NCBI RefSeq assembly: GCF_018977255.1
Contig: NW_024704743.1
Span: forward strand, 23,810,001-23,874,000
Reading direction: 5' to 3'
From: Callorhinchus milii
Taxonomy: Eukaryota
DNA length: 64,000 nt
The translations under genes were made by a program, and so were the position numbers. Position 1 is the first letter of the stretch. Every line of letters begins with the position of its first letter. The notes beneath the pieces are model-generated. The model was given only the letters and a program-made list of their open reading frames with translations, was not told the DNA's origin and made no database searches. Positions 50,481-64,000 of this stretch are shown piece after piece.

Positions 50481-53400
50481 AGATTCACAAAAATTCAGGC
50501 AACACTGTAATAATGCATTGAGGTTTTTGGAGCTGACACAAGTTTGGATACAAATGGAAGATTTAAATAGAAACCTTTACATACCATTTAACCCAATGCA
50601 TCTGTGTCAGTGTTTGACTGTAAAATGTGCTCCTCGTTTCCAAGTTTTGCTTTGGAATAATGAAGTGAGTAAGTCAACCAGTCCTGCTGTTGCTGTTAAA
50701 AAGATTCCAGATATCTGCACAGATACGGTTTGTGTGCTCTCCAGGAAAGTTCGAGACTCCTCTACACTCACTGGCTTCTCCTGTGTTTCTTCTTTAAAAT
50801 GGTTGTTAATTGACAGACTTAATTCTTGGGCAAGGAGTCCCCTTTGATTCAGGTCCTCAGCTCAGCTTTGCTGTTGTATCCTTGCACCAAATTATTGAAA
50901 TAACTCGAGTAGTGTTTAATGTGCGATGTGTTGGAGGTGAGGGGAATTATGGAATGTGAAACTAATTTTCTCTGGAAAAACAGAAAGGCAAAACTGTTAA
51001 ACTTCAGTCAGATTTCCATAACCCCTATTTTTTGAGGGGGAGGGGTTTCTTTCTCCCAACTCCCCAGGTCCAAATTAGTCAAATCACAAAAAAGTCTCCA
51101 AGCATTACATGTAGCATCTTGACCCTCATCCTCAAGGTCAAAGGTACTCATGAGTCTGTATGCAAATTCCAGCCGAACAAACCACCAAAAGTTGGGCATC
51201 AATTCCATTCTTAACATCACCACATGATCGAGACCCCGGATCAATATATGTAAATAAAACGCAGTTAAAACAGCACCTCACCTTAGAACAAAGGGCAAGA
51301 AACACATGCCTATTTCACTACACTTTTTATTAAATCCTGTGAAGGACTTTGAAACAACCACCCGACATGAAAGGTGTGATATCAAATGTCAGGATCGTTA
51401 ATTTTTTATATTGTTGGTAGATCGAACCTTCACGTGCAGAGCGTGTACATGGGGTGTTTACGGAGCCTGTTTGTGCAATCTCAGGTGTCCCTGTACTAGT
51501 AACAGGGATTTCTTCTGAGAAAGCCTTGTTACTGCGCCTCTGAAGGCACAGTGACACTTGGATCATTTCCTCTTGCCTGTTCCAGGCAAAAGTTTGGAGC
51601 TGTCAGACAAAATCAAACTCCGGAGTGGCTGTGCATTAGAAAATATCGCATCGCCTTTGTGTCTGTTTGAAAGCTGCATAAGAATATTTTATGGGCCAGC
51701 AAACAGACCCATTGGCTTGTTGCAGTATTATCTACAGCCTCCCAGGGACCAAAATTAGTTCCCACACAGTGAGGCACATCTCTTATGGATGCTTCCTTAT
51801 CGTTAGTCATTAAATCTCTGAGCTCCCATAAATAGAGCAAGATTTCCTTTAATTCGATGTTAAGATTCCAGGAGCATTTTGTTCCTCTGGGAGAGAGTGT
51901 AGGGCACAAGAGTAGCCTGTAGACTGTGCGACAGAGGGTAATTGAGGATGAAAGGCCATCCTTTCACTATGTGGCTTTCACCATGTGTGTTGCAGCTACA
52001 GCTATCTTTCACTTTCAATTGAAATAATAAGGATCCACATCCGCATTAGTTTCCGATATCACACTGCAGCTTCCGTTCCTGTCATGCTTGCGCAGGGTAT
52101 CTGCCCAAAACACACACAGTCAATTCACTTTACCGTATTTTCTGTGAAGCACTTTGAGATGTCTCGAAGACGTGATAAAGCGCTATATTAAATCCAAGGA
52201 TTATTACTATATTCCCTCAGACTACATAATTGACTGCCCATGTACATCATTGCCTATAGAAATGCTATACTTCATACAGAATGGGCTCCCAGAAATGTTT
52301 ACATTGGTGAACACAAAACAATATTGATGCTTGAGTGACAATAATCTGCTCCAACTTCCAATGAATCCCTCACCTGCCATCCCAAACCCCTCTCCAGCTG
52401 ACACCGGCTAACTCAACATAGACAAGTGAAGGATTGAACCTGGGACCTTCCTAGGCTGCTATCACAATACCAGACAGCTCTGCACATTTATAGCACTAAG
52501 CCGTCGGGGTAATCCATGTGAATTATTTTTTGAACCTTTGCTGCTGCTTTCCTGGTTTGCTTTATTGGTTCGACTATAGGTCACCCTCCCATGCCTCCAC
52601 CTCCACCCCTCCTGATTCGAACCCCCAGCTCAGGTGCACACCTTTCTGTCCAGTGCTTTGGGAAGTGCTCCTGACGTTAAAGGCGCTATACACATGTAAT
52701 TTGTTGAGGTTACATGACTTTTGGAGACTCATTGTTGTCCCATCCAGGGCTCTTCGGGACCTGGAACGGCCTCCTGTGGGAGGAGGGATCCTGTTCACAG
52801 CGATCACTATAACAACCAGGCAGTGTTACAGCAGTTGACGTTATGGTACAAGTCACACGGCACAGTTTTACATTTTTAAATTTAAGTTTAAAAATTTGCC
52901 TTTATTAATGTGGGAGTCTATGGACCAAATTATTTCTGGTTCTCATATTGTGTTTTGAACCTTATTTTATGATGTTTCAGAGCTGGAACGGGTTAACTCG
53001 CCCGTCAAGCTCCCAGCTCTGTCGGGCAACATATTGTTCACTGTCTCAGGGAATATGCATTTCAATAACCAAACTTTCTGTAACATATACCCCAGGCTTG
53101 GAAATCACCGGGTCCTATCTGTCACTTTTACCGGATCAAAGGATGGTCAGCACTAAAATAATACATATAGATCAAGCCCACTTTTCCCCCTGAATGTGCA
53201 CAATCAACCCTAACCCAAACTGTATTCACCCTCTTATACACCAAGGGAAGGTTTGGTACAGAAACTCCCTGATCTCCCATAGCATCTGAATTTATGAGTA
53301 CTGTTTATCAGCACTGTTCAGCTCTGGGTTACTCCCTCCCCCCAACACCCCCAGACGGCATTCTTCTCCAGATCCCAGAACCACCAGCTTCTGTGTATTA

Positions 53401-54212
53401 AATGATCATTTCATTCTGCATTTCATCCCTCTGAGCATCAATGATTGCCCAAGCCAGATAGTTATCCACCTTTTGTTTGGAAGAGTTAAATCAACTCAAT
53501 CTCAACTGGGATCTGTCTGTCTGATCTATACCTGCTGTACTATATGTGCCCATGTTGGTGGGTGAGGGAGAGAAGGCTTTGGAAGTAGATTGTATTGAAA
53601 TGAGTTTCTGTTGTTTGGGGTGACTTTGATTTACCGTTTGCCGTACTGCAGCAGGTCATTAGCAGGTCTATTATTATTAATATTAGCAGGTCTACCTGTC
53701 CTCATGTAGTTGAGTGCAGGGCTCAGTTGCTGCCAATGAAATGTGCAGTTTAACTGCCCAGTCACTGAGAGGCATCTCCATAGCGTGCTTTACACAAGCT
53801 GCCACTTGCACTTATTCTGGACAATTACATTACAGCAATCCTTTGCCACACTTAATGAGATTCTAAAAGGATTTGACTGGCTGTGCATTACAGTATTTAA
53901 GGTGGTTTCCAGTTCAGGGCTGTCGACATCAATGCTATTTGAATTGATTTTTATTTCTTAATTAACCTCTTTAATTTACTGATTCAGCTACGCTACTTGT
54001 TGGTCAGTTCATGTTTTACTGTGTTTCACTGATCGCCAGGTTTTAATCCCAATTTGAACTCTTTTTCTTATTGTAAAGTACTGATCCCCATATTTCCACA
54101 CTGGACCCATTTTAACAGTTTCCTGGTCTGGTGGTTCAGAAGAAAATGGTTTTGTGTTTGGGCAGTGATTGAGGGGTCTGTGCAGTAGTTGGTCTCGGGC
54201 CTCTGCTTGATT

Positions 54213-54376
54213 ATTAACCCCGGAAAAATGATCTGTCAATCAACTAACAACTGGGCTCCTACTTACAGAGACGTGTGGAGGCTTGTGGAGTAAAGAAACC
54301 TGCCTAAGGTTTCGCCCTGCTGTGAATTGAACCCAGCTCCTCTTGAGGCCTCTAACCAATATGCTTAAGGACTCCA
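54213..54376 (-). mobile_element. SINE family A, 5' half
   Basis: Reverse complement of head and central segment. Confidence 0.8.
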
Positions 54377-54595
54377 CGATAATCCAAGGACATAAACTTG
54401 GCTAATGTCACCCGAACATTAGCATTATTTAACATTTAACAGTCAATGAACTTTACAGTATATTCTGTAGCTCCCACATTTGCTTAAACAGCAACATTCA
54501 CTTTACACTCGTATTGTATTTTGTAAAATGATTTGAGACATTTATTTTTACGTGAGTGGCGTTATGTAAATCTATGTTGTTACTATTGTTAATAT

Positions 54596-54966
54596 TGGAA
54601 TCCTGAAGCTTAGTGATTAGAGCTCTCATCTCGCAAGCGAGAGGATCTGGTTTCAATTCCCAAGCAGGACGAAACCTTAGGCAAGTTTCCTTACTCCACA
54701 CGCCTCTGTTTATCTAGCAGTTAGTAGGAACCCGATTATTAGTCGATTGGTGGATCGCTTTTCCGGGGGTAATGATCCCTTCAAAATAAATAAATGGTCA
54801 CTCAATCCACGACTGTTTGTGGGACACTGCTGTGCGCAATTCACTGCCGCATTTCACCCACAAAATATACAGTCAATTCGTTTTACAGTATATTCTGTGA
54901 AGGGCTTTGAGACGTCTAGAAGACATGATAAGACGCTATATCAAATGCAAGGATTATTAAGATTAT
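54596..54966 (+). mobile_element. SINE family A, long form
   Basis: Complete copy. Confidence 0.92.
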
Positions 54967-57684
54967 ATTTTTATAGTGCCTCATCAGAATTTTGAGATGT
55001 CTCAAAGAACCTCACAGGATTTACTGTGAAGTGTAGTGACTGTTTATTTGTAGGCAAACCTAGAAGCACAGCACACGTCCCACAAACAGTCATGAAGTGA
55101 ATGATCAATTATATCTGGGGGATTATTGGCTAGGACACCAGGAGAAACTCCCTTCTCTTTTTGAAAGTGCCATGGGATCTTTAACGTCCACCTCAACAGG
55201 CGTTATTATCTTGTTACAAAGGACTACAAAAGAAAGTGAGAGGTTTTGAGTGCATGTGGGGGACAAATCCTGCACCAATACAGATGTCACGCTTGCTTGA
55301 TCCTTCTACGGAGTGTTCACAAAGTCTTGTTACCCCCATGTTTTTTTCCTACATTGCATGTACCAATAACTCAAACATGTGGAAGAATGATGATAATTGT
55401 ATTTAGAAGTAATTAATTGTATTCAGTACTTAATTATAACTATATTTAGACGTCCAGAGGATTGATGTGATGGCACCATTTTCATGGCAGATAATGATCT
55501 GTCACCATAGTCAGGGCGACATATTCTGTAATATGGATGGAGCAGCAAGGCCAAATGAATCTCTCCTTTCAGCTCCTCTGTAGTTTCATATCGCTGTTTT
55601 GTAGTAGGGGGTAAGAGGACTTTGTGGACACCCTGTACATCCCAGAGAACAGGTGTAGCGCCTTCTGAACTGTAGACATCTTGCTATGTGTACAGAGATA
55701 GCCACTTCCTGGGATGGGTAAGAAGGCTTTTACCAATCTTATCTGACTCATTCTTAATTTATAGGAAATGTTAAAGGGCTTTCGTTTGTATAATCCATTT
55801 ATAGGTCAAACTGTAGCATGGCTGGAATCCAAAGTGCTGAGGGAGGATATAGATGGGAGTTCTATTTTTAAAGCTAACAATTTTATTTTTTCAGCTTCCT
55901 CTCAACGCTACATAAAATAGTGAGAAACTAGGTGTGAAGGCAACCTTTAGGAACACATATTTCCCATTATAAGAGAGGAATGAAAAGTTCACTCACGTCA
56001 GTGAGCAGCATGTGGTAGACCCCAATAAGAACAGGAAAACCTAAGAAAGATAATAATAATCCTTGCATTTGATTTAGCGACTTATCACATCGTCGAGACA
56101 TTTCAAAGAACTTCACAGAATTTATTGTAAAGTGGATTGACTATGTATTTTGTGGGCGAATATAATAAAAATGTACCCTGCCACAAGGCATTAACGATTC
56201 CATAGTTTACTAAAATTTACACAGTTGTGTACGAATTGCCTACAGTGTTTGCCAATAAATGCACAATCACTGCACTTGACAGGAAGCTCTTTGCATTGTT
56301 TCGATGTTAGTCATAGTATTAAATGCAAGGAGTATTATAATAATAATAATTTGGCATTGTGCCATTCACGTCGGGAGGTCATTTCAAAGCACTTAACAGG
56401 ATATACTATGAAGTGGAGTAACTATGTATTTGTTGGCAAATGCTGCTATTGTTAGAATATGTACAGTAAGTAGGTCCAGAAATTGCTTAATTTACATACA
56501 GCAATACAGTCAATTACTCTCTCCTGAAGCTTGCATGTGGACATAAAGTTCATCTAATCAGTTATAGCTACGAAGAAGAGACTGAAATGTCTGTTTGAGA
56601 GAGAGAGAGGAGAGAGAGAGACACACACACAATGGTAGATCCATGACATTGTTTCAGATGTGTGAAATAATGCTTGTGAGTTCACAAATACTTAAGCAAC
56701 ATGGTAAGCAGCTCCAGGTAAAACACAAAAGATAGAATGGATTCAGAGAAAGGAGGAAAGGCAGTGGAGGATCCCATGTTTCTGAGGTCAAATTTCCCCA
56801 CAGGACTGTCTGACCTATGTTTTCATTTTATGAGAAATCTAATCTAAAGGGGCAAGACCCATAGTGCAGATTAACATCAAAGTTGAAAGATTTAAAGAAA
56901 AAATGAGATATCCCGGTACTCCAGTGGCTAGGCCAAGACTAGCTTGGTTCTAACCCTTTGACACATTCACTTGTCCGGGCACTGTTGTGTTCCCAGACCA
57001 CTAATTTGTTTGCAGCTCTGTTTGCTGGTTTGGCTGTTTTCTACACATCAACTATTGACCTGGTGATCGGTGTCAAAGTTGGAGTCTGGCCATCTCTGAT
57101 TGACTGGAAGCTTGTCCTCTAACTCTAGTTTCCAGGCAGTGATTAACCTTATCATCTCCTCGGCTGATGGGAGCAAGTAGATCAAAGAAAAGAGGTGACA
57201 CATGATACTTAACATTTAATTTATTTCTCTGAAAACGGGTCAGAAAAGGTTGGGTGAGGTAGATTTTGTGGGGAGAGATTAAAATTACATTTATATGTTT
57301 TAAAAAAAAGGTGAGTGGGATTCTGAGAGGAAAATGGGAGAATAAGTGTTTGAGTTTTATCTAAATGTCTGATGCGGGGGAAACTCCAGATCCAAAACAT
57401 TCAGACATCACATTAGACCGGATCTGCATTAGACCAGATTCCTCTTCCAGGTTATCAGGTCACCGCACGTAACACCTCTGGCATTATCCAGCCAGCTTCC
57501 TGCATTTGAGAACAGCGCACAGAAGTCAAGACAGTCTGCACCGTATGCTGGCAGTGTCCCATGAGTCTACAGGCCTAAGCAAACACATGCTCCACTTATG
57601 TGCTCAGTAATTGGGGTTGCCCTGTATTTGTATTAGCATTTATTCCCTTTGTTTAAAGTTAAAATTACTGTTTTAAAGTTATGG

Positions 57685-57809
57685 GCGTTCGCCCACAAAT
57701 ATACAGTCAATTCACTTTACAGTGTGTTCTGTGAAGCGCTTTGGGACGTCCTCCCGACGTGAAAAGCGCTATATCAAATGCAAGGATTATTATTATTATT
57801 ATTATTATT
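57685..57809 (+). mobile_element. 5'-truncated SINE family A, young subfamily
   Basis: Nearly identical to 13125-13240; long pure (TTA)n tail. Confidence 0.9.
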
Positions 57810-57949
57810 CCTCATAGTGCGTGAGCTGAGAGTGTGCAGAGAATGGTGGCTCTAGAATTGCTCGCAATAAAAAGCGTGTAGATAGGAGGAGAGAGAGGAA
57901 ACACAGGGAGTTGTGGGGTTAAAAGCCTCTTTATTCACTACCTTGAAAA

Positions 57950-58420
57950 AGTATAGAAGTTTTTGTGGAACTCACTGCCAGATGCTATGGTTGAAGAAAG
58001 AGTATAAATGTATTTAAGAGGTAACTGGAGGGAGAAGGGAATAGAGGAGGTTTAGAAGATGGATTTAGAAGAGGATTAGGAGGGGTAAAGGCTTGTGTAA
58101 TTGTATAAACACCAGCACAGACTAGTTGGGCCAAATGGCCTATTTCCATGCTATATCAGTCTGCAATTCTATGTATTCTCAGTATCATATCAATTGCAAT
58201 TTAGGAGGAGGTTTTCAGCCCATCCAGTCTATGGTACTAATTCATCCACCAGAGCTATCTACTCTAGTCCACAAGTTCCCTGCCCTTGCCATGTCCTTTT
58301 ATACTCTGCCTCTTCAAATATTTATCCCTTTTAAACATTATTATGACCTCGATCTCAATAGCCACTTGTGGCAAAACATTCTTAATAATAATCGTAACAA
58401 CCCTCTGCATGAAAAACATT
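57950..58420. mobile_element. Two tail-to-tail decayed CR1 3' ends
   Basis: + copy ending ttgggccaaatggcctatttccatgc; minus copy starting ttcagcccatc...ccctctgcatgaaaaaca. Confidence 0.6.
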
Positions 58421-58495
58421 TCTGATAACTTCACCCTAATAGGCGTGCAGTCAGAACTCATCAGGTTCACAGAATTATCAATAGTACAGATGTAT

Positions 58496-58932
58496 GTCAG
58501 CATGGCTTAGTTCATAACACTCTTGCCTCTGAGTCAGAAGAATGTGGATTTAAACCTCCTATCCGGATTTTGAACTCGCAGCCCAAATGACACTCCAGTG
58601 CTGAGCTGGGGGTATGCTGTAATGATGCTCTCCTTCGAGATGTTAAACCCAGGTCCCATCTGCCTGTTCAGGTAGACGTTAAAGATCCCGTGGTGCTATT
58701 TGAAAAGAGAAGGGAGTTTCTAGGGAGGTTTTCCCGGTGATCTGGCCAACAATCCCCCCAGATAAAACGGGTCATTCACTTCATGGCTATTTTTGGGACA
58801 TTGTTCCACGCAAATGAACTGCCTCGTTCACCCACAAATGCACAGTTACTACACTTTGTAGTAAATCCTGTGAAGCATTTTGAGACATCTTCCTGACGTG
58901 ATAGGGTGTTATACTGTATCAACTACAAGGAT
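58496..58932 (+). mobile_element. Deu-domain SINE (family B), full length
   Basis: Head, gatgttaaacccaggtcccatctgcctgttcaggtagacgttaaagatcccgtgg, body and stem-loop. Confidence 0.85.
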
Positions 58933-61900
58933 AGATTTCTTTTAGGATATAGTATCGTGGGATACAGTATATAGTTTGGGACATGACATGTGCATGCAAC
59001 TGCCAGATGGTGGAAAGCGAATTGGGTGGAACTTGGTCTTCTTTTGTCTGGCAATTCTTATGTTCTTATGTTATGTTCAAGGATTGTTATTATTAGTGGC
59101 AACAATACAGGAGAATGCCAAGGCTGGTGGATACAAGACTGATGAGAAAAGGGTTAAAGAGAGGATTCTATCAGCATTCTCCTTGGAAACGACAATTAAA
59201 AGTTCAAAAAGTTTGTGTAAAATGACTTTTTCTATTATCTGTAAAAAAAATCCAATTTACAATTTTGAGTTGCTGTAAAAGCATACTTTAAAGAACAGGA
59301 TCTGCTCTGTGCTATTAAACCTTAATGTGCTTTATATTTCTGGTGACCCTGCTGTCTGCTCAGCTGGGTGAGGTCATTTATGGCACACACAAAAGCTGGG
59401 ATAATTAGAAGGAAGATCAAGTGAAATAAGTCCTTTTTTTAAAAAATGCCTAACTGACATTTAAAATAAAATAAGATAAAATTGGTTATTCACTTTATGG
59501 CTGTGTGAAGGAAACTGCTGTGCAAAAATTGGCTGCCACGTTTACCTCCAGACACAGTCACTACATTTTACATATATGGCGCTATATTAAATGCAAATTA
59601 TTGTTTCCACTGCACCATATCCACAGTGCTTGCACTTGTTTCATAAATGTGGTGCCGAGGCTTTGTGTGCTTGCCACGTTCACCCATTAAAGGAACAGCC
59701 AGTGGATGGACAGCAGCTGGGTTTATTTTATGGGTTGGACTGACTATGTGCATACATACTGTATGTGTTCAGCAACAATTACAGGTGCCCTCAATTATTT
59801 AATTGACAACCAGTTAGACATTAAAGCCTACTGTACTTTGCGGGTTGCGCTAACCATGTGCAAACAAATGCATACAGGAGGAATTGCCAGAGCACTTCAC
59901 ATTATGTATTTAAATGGCCACCATTAATTCCCTCTGCACATGGACTTACACATGGTTAGCATGACCAGAAAGTTCGACGCCCGTGACCTTGCTGATGAAG
60001 TTGTGTCCCTGCCACAGACCCTGTGAAAGTCGCCGAAGAGTTATGCTGCTTGAGAAAAATGGTAGGATCGCTATGGACCCAGCACGTCACGAGGCAGAGC
60101 AAAGTTCAGTTTTCATCCTGTGTCGGTGATTGAATTTTATTCTCCTTTCCCGGAAAGCTTATTTGCATCTTATTAGGTACTTGCCGTGCATACAAGTATT
60201 GTCTGTGGTGGTAGCTTGTACCCATTCACACTGACGTGGACTGCCAGGAAATAGCAATGAAGTGTTGCTGAATGAGTTAGTTTGATTGTTCCTATGTTAA
60301 AATCAGAGATCCAGTTTATCATGTGTAGAAGGAAGGAGGTGGTGCAGTTAGTTTTGTTGACAGGAATGTGGGGAAGAGCTCAGGTTGTCTAGTTGAAAAA
60401 GAGTTTCTCCCAGTGTCCCGGGCAACAAGACCCGAGATAAAGTCGGTCACTCACATCATCGTTTGTGGGACAATTAGCTGCCGTGTACTCCTACAAATTC
60501 ACTATACTTTACAGTAAATCCTGTGAAGTTCTTTGAGATGTTTTGATAAATTGATGAGGCACAATATCAAGCACAATCATTACTATTATGTACATGGGCA
60601 GATCTGCCTTATTTCATGCTTCAGTGCCCTTTGGAAATGTTTCTCCCCCCGCCCCTCCCCCCAAAAAAAATCCTACAGTGGTTCCAACAAATGGCAACCA
60701 AACACTTTCAGCTGCAGAGTGCGACATTTGAATGCCATTTGCCAGGATTTAACTGGATTGAGGTTAAACCTGTGAAGCAGCACTTAGACTCTGCGGTAGC
60801 AGCTCCAACCTTTGCCAAAGTCAGGGAAAGGTCACACCCACACTACAGCTATCCGCTGGATTAACCACCATTTCTAGTCATTTAATAATTTGATATCACA
60901 TGGAACAGTTTTCACCTCCCTAGTTTTTCACATCATCTTCGTCACAGTTCGGACACTCGTGTTCTGGTGTGCAGAGGGGCAGCTCTGGGTGGTTGTGTCA
61001 TGTCTCAAGGGGTTCTTGGGGAGATGTGTAATATCTGGGGTGTGGGGGGTGGGTCTATGAATTGTGTCTCGGAGGATTGTGAGTAATGTCTTCGAGAGTG
61101 AGGAAAGGATTGTGTAATGTCTCGGGGCATCTCGGGAGGGAATGTATTGTCTGGGGGAGGGGGCGCGGTTGTGTGCTATGTCTTGGTACTTGCTCTGACT
61201 TTTTGCTGTTTTACTATTGTAAGCATGGCTCCCGATTATGGCAGCGTTGGCGTATCTTATGAAGGCTTAAAGTCCATAAGAAATGAGGGAATACAGATTA
61301 GGACAGCATGTAATGGGATAATAAAATGATACTGTAGTTGACTTTTTTAATAGAACTATGATATTGTTACAGATGCAGGCACCGGGTCATATGAAGGTGT
61401 TTATGAAGCTGCAACTCATAACAAATGTCTTCATAGCACATGACGGTGCCTGAAATTCATAATTGTTATAGATTTTCTACATTCTGATATTACAAGGATA
61501 AAGTGTACAACATAAGGCCTCTGCTAATAGTGGCAGACCATAAGGCAGAGTTCAAGGTTAAAGTACTGGGGTCAATTAATCAATGAAACGATTGATCTCT
61601 TTCTCTCGCAAAGTTGGTCGCCTTGAATTTATATATTTAATTATTTCGAATGTTCCATATTTATTACACAGTGTTTGTTCTAGGCCCAGTAATCTGGTGC
61701 CAAGAATCCCTGGCTGGGAACAAGCCTCAGCTGAAGGTTTTTAATATCCTTGTTGTGTCCATAAATTATTTTAAAAGGGAATTAGATTTTTGATAAAGAA
61801 GAACATTAATGGATGTGGGGAACAAGCAGGAGGGTGGGGTGCACAGGGCACCCGTTTTATAAAGGGGCACTTTGTAATAGGATGACCTGGAGGTAGAGAA

Positions 61901-62866
61901 CAAAATAAACAGGATAAAGAACATGGGAGGTTGCGTATGTTATAGGAATGGTCACTGCCTTCAATCACGTGCTCCCAATCCTTCCACCAATGCATTGCAG
62001 CGCAACTTGACACCTTTACAAGATGCTTTGGCACAATGGTTTGGCTCAAAGCCGTTGATAATTGCATGCATTTGACACCTGATTCATGAGATACCGTAAC
62101 CCAGGGCAGTGTGAACAATTGTACCTCCCTGAATACGGAGAAATAAACTTGAGATCTTCCTGGTCCTTTCTGACCGAGCAAATCACTGAATAAACTCACT
62201 GAAGCATTGGGGAGTCCTCATATTCTAACATTTGACCTCAATGTTAAATATAGTCCCTTTTGTATTGTACGCAGATTCCCAAAACTTATAGCCAAATGCA
62301 GAAAAGGATCTTTGGAATGGAGCGTAATTAGTATTAGGAACACGGTATACGTTGCCTTGCTATCGCTTTCTGGAACTGCAAGGTCTTTGCTTCTGATTTA
62401 ATACTGTATTTCATTTGGGTACGTTGGCCAGCTGTATTGCTTGCTAAACTTCCTGTGCAGAACAGGAAGAAGCACGTACATCAATTTTATTGACATAAAT
62501 AACCAAACAGTTGAGTTGACATTTAATCTTCTGGAGCAAGTCATTCTCTGTTGCGACTTTACAGAGTGAAACTCTTTCTCTCCATTTGTTATTTGTTGCA
62601 AGTTTCTAAAGTGTTTCTTGCTGTAACTTTCACAAGTATTTTGAATCCTATAAATCTTTATGCTGCTTTACTGCACTGATATATTTTTCATTGTGGGTTT
62701 TCATTGCTTGACCTTTCAAGGTTTCTGGTAACTGCACAAATTTTCCCCCAAAGGAGCACAGTTTTTGATTTTAGATTAGGTGAAGGGAAGTATGATATAA
62801 GTACAGCATTTGCCTACAAATATGCAATCATTATAATGTACATTCAAGTCCTGGTGTGAGAGGCAC

Positions 62867-63182
62867 TAATAATAATAATCATCCTTGTATTTGATATAGC
62901 GTTTTACACGACTTCTAGACGTCTCAAAGCGCTTCACAGAATATACTGTAAAGTGAACTGACTGTATATTTGTGGGTGAAACACGGCAGCAAATTGTGCA
63001 CAGCAGTGTCCCACAAACAGTCGTGGATTGAAGTGACCAATTTATTATTTTTTTTTCTTGAGGAATTATTTTCAGGTGTGTGGAGCAAGGAAAGTTACCC
63101 AAGGTTTCACCCTGCCGGGATTCAAACCCAGGTCTTTCACTTGCAAGGCAAATGCTCTAATAGATGCGCTACAGGACTCCAC
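62867..63182 (-). mobile_element. SINE family A, internally deleted form
   Basis: Complete reverse-complement copy. Confidence 0.92.
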
Positions 63183-63675
63183 TATATCAAATCCAAGGAT
63201 CATTATTAGTATTTAAGTACACAGTGATTGTTGTAGGACAAAGGTGAGCATTTCTGAGCCCCAGTGATCATATTTTCTTCTCAAAATACAGGCATTTGAA
63301 TGAATGAAGGTAGATGGCAGAGCTAAATTATGAAGTAGCTACATTTGTATAACATTGTCTCAAATGTAGAGAAAAGCATGATGCCCAGCTCAGAAAAAAT
63401 TATATCCCACGTGGAGAGGTATGTTACCTCTTAGGGTCTTAAACCTCATTCTCTAGAATTTGCCAAAACCTGTGCTCCCGTCCCCAACTCCCTTTATGAC
63501 CAATGCAGGACACTAAGGTTCCATGCACTGTGCCACAATATTGGTTTATATCTCAAAGGGACAGGTTTACAGCTCTATTCCATGGTTATTTGACGCAGGA
63601 ATAACCTTCAGTTGAGATTTCAAATATCCAAATGGAGGTTGAGATTTTTGGGCCCAAGTACAGATATGCAAATGT

Positions 63676-63780
63676 GTCAGCCTGGCTCGGTTGGTAGCAC
63701 TTTTGCTTCTGAGTCAGAAGGTTGTGGATTCAAGCCCCATGTTAGGACTTTGCGCTCATACGGTCAAGGCTGACACTCCA
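63676..63780 (+). mobile_element. Deu-domain SINE head (family B), interrupted
   Basis: gtcagcctggctcggttggtagcacttttgcttctgagtcagaaggttgtggattcaagcccc...gctgacactcca. Confidence 0.8.
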
Positions 63781-64000
63781 GTGGAGTCCTGTAGCTCAGT
63801 GGTTAGAGCACTCGCTTTGCAAGCGAGAGACCTGAGTTCAATTCCAGGCAGAGGGCGAAACCTTGGGCAAGTTTCCTTACTCCACACGCCTAATAATAAT
63901 CCCTCCAAAACCAAAAACAATAATAAAATTGGCATTTTCAATCTACGACTGTTTGTGGGACATTGCTGTGCGCAATTGGCTGCCGCGTTCGCCCACAAAT
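63781..64000 (+). mobile_element. SINE family A, young subfamily, cut by window end; inserted into a DeuSINE head
   Basis: Intact D arm GCTC/GAGC and anticodon arm CTCGC-TTTGCAA-GCGAG. Confidence 0.92.

Noticed and set aside
63781..63850. tRNA-Ala(TGC/CGC)-like genes here and at other family A heads
   Set aside because: D and anticodon arms are intact but there is no proper acceptor stem, and each continues into a SINE body and tail.
49808..64000. Next CTNND2 exon (EFGWRDPELPEVI..., ARM repeat 1)
   Set aside because: Not found by eye or in the ORF track; presumably beyond the window.

Overview
Eukaryotic (vertebrate) genomic DNA, most likely a cartilaginous fish (inferred from the SINE/LINE repertoire; a holocephalan such as elephant shark is plausible, not proven). 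The whole window lies inside one + strand gene, CTNND2 (delta-catenin). Six frame-compatible GT-AG coding exons (21245-21279, 21779-21895, 22322-22506, 23420-23981, 29052-29246, 49558-49807) encode the N-terminal Ser/Pro-rich region up to just before the armadillo repeats; flanking exons lie outside the window. The introns are rich in retroposons: a near-full-length single-ORF L2-clade LINE (about 36843-40555, minus strand, one frameshift), many L2 and CR1 fragments, an Ala-tRNA-headed SINE family, a Deu-domain SINE family, MITE-like elements and minisatellites. No clearly novel protein system is visible. The best leads are a candidate recursive-splice/poison microexon (7132-7158), a perfect 71-nt hairpin (8234-8304), an intronic copy of a piece of CTNND2 exon between inverted L2 ends (24947-24989), and a covarying SINE-LINE 3' stem-loop in which a young SINE subfamily matches the resident L2. 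Repeat boundaries are by-eye estimates and human comparisons are from memory.
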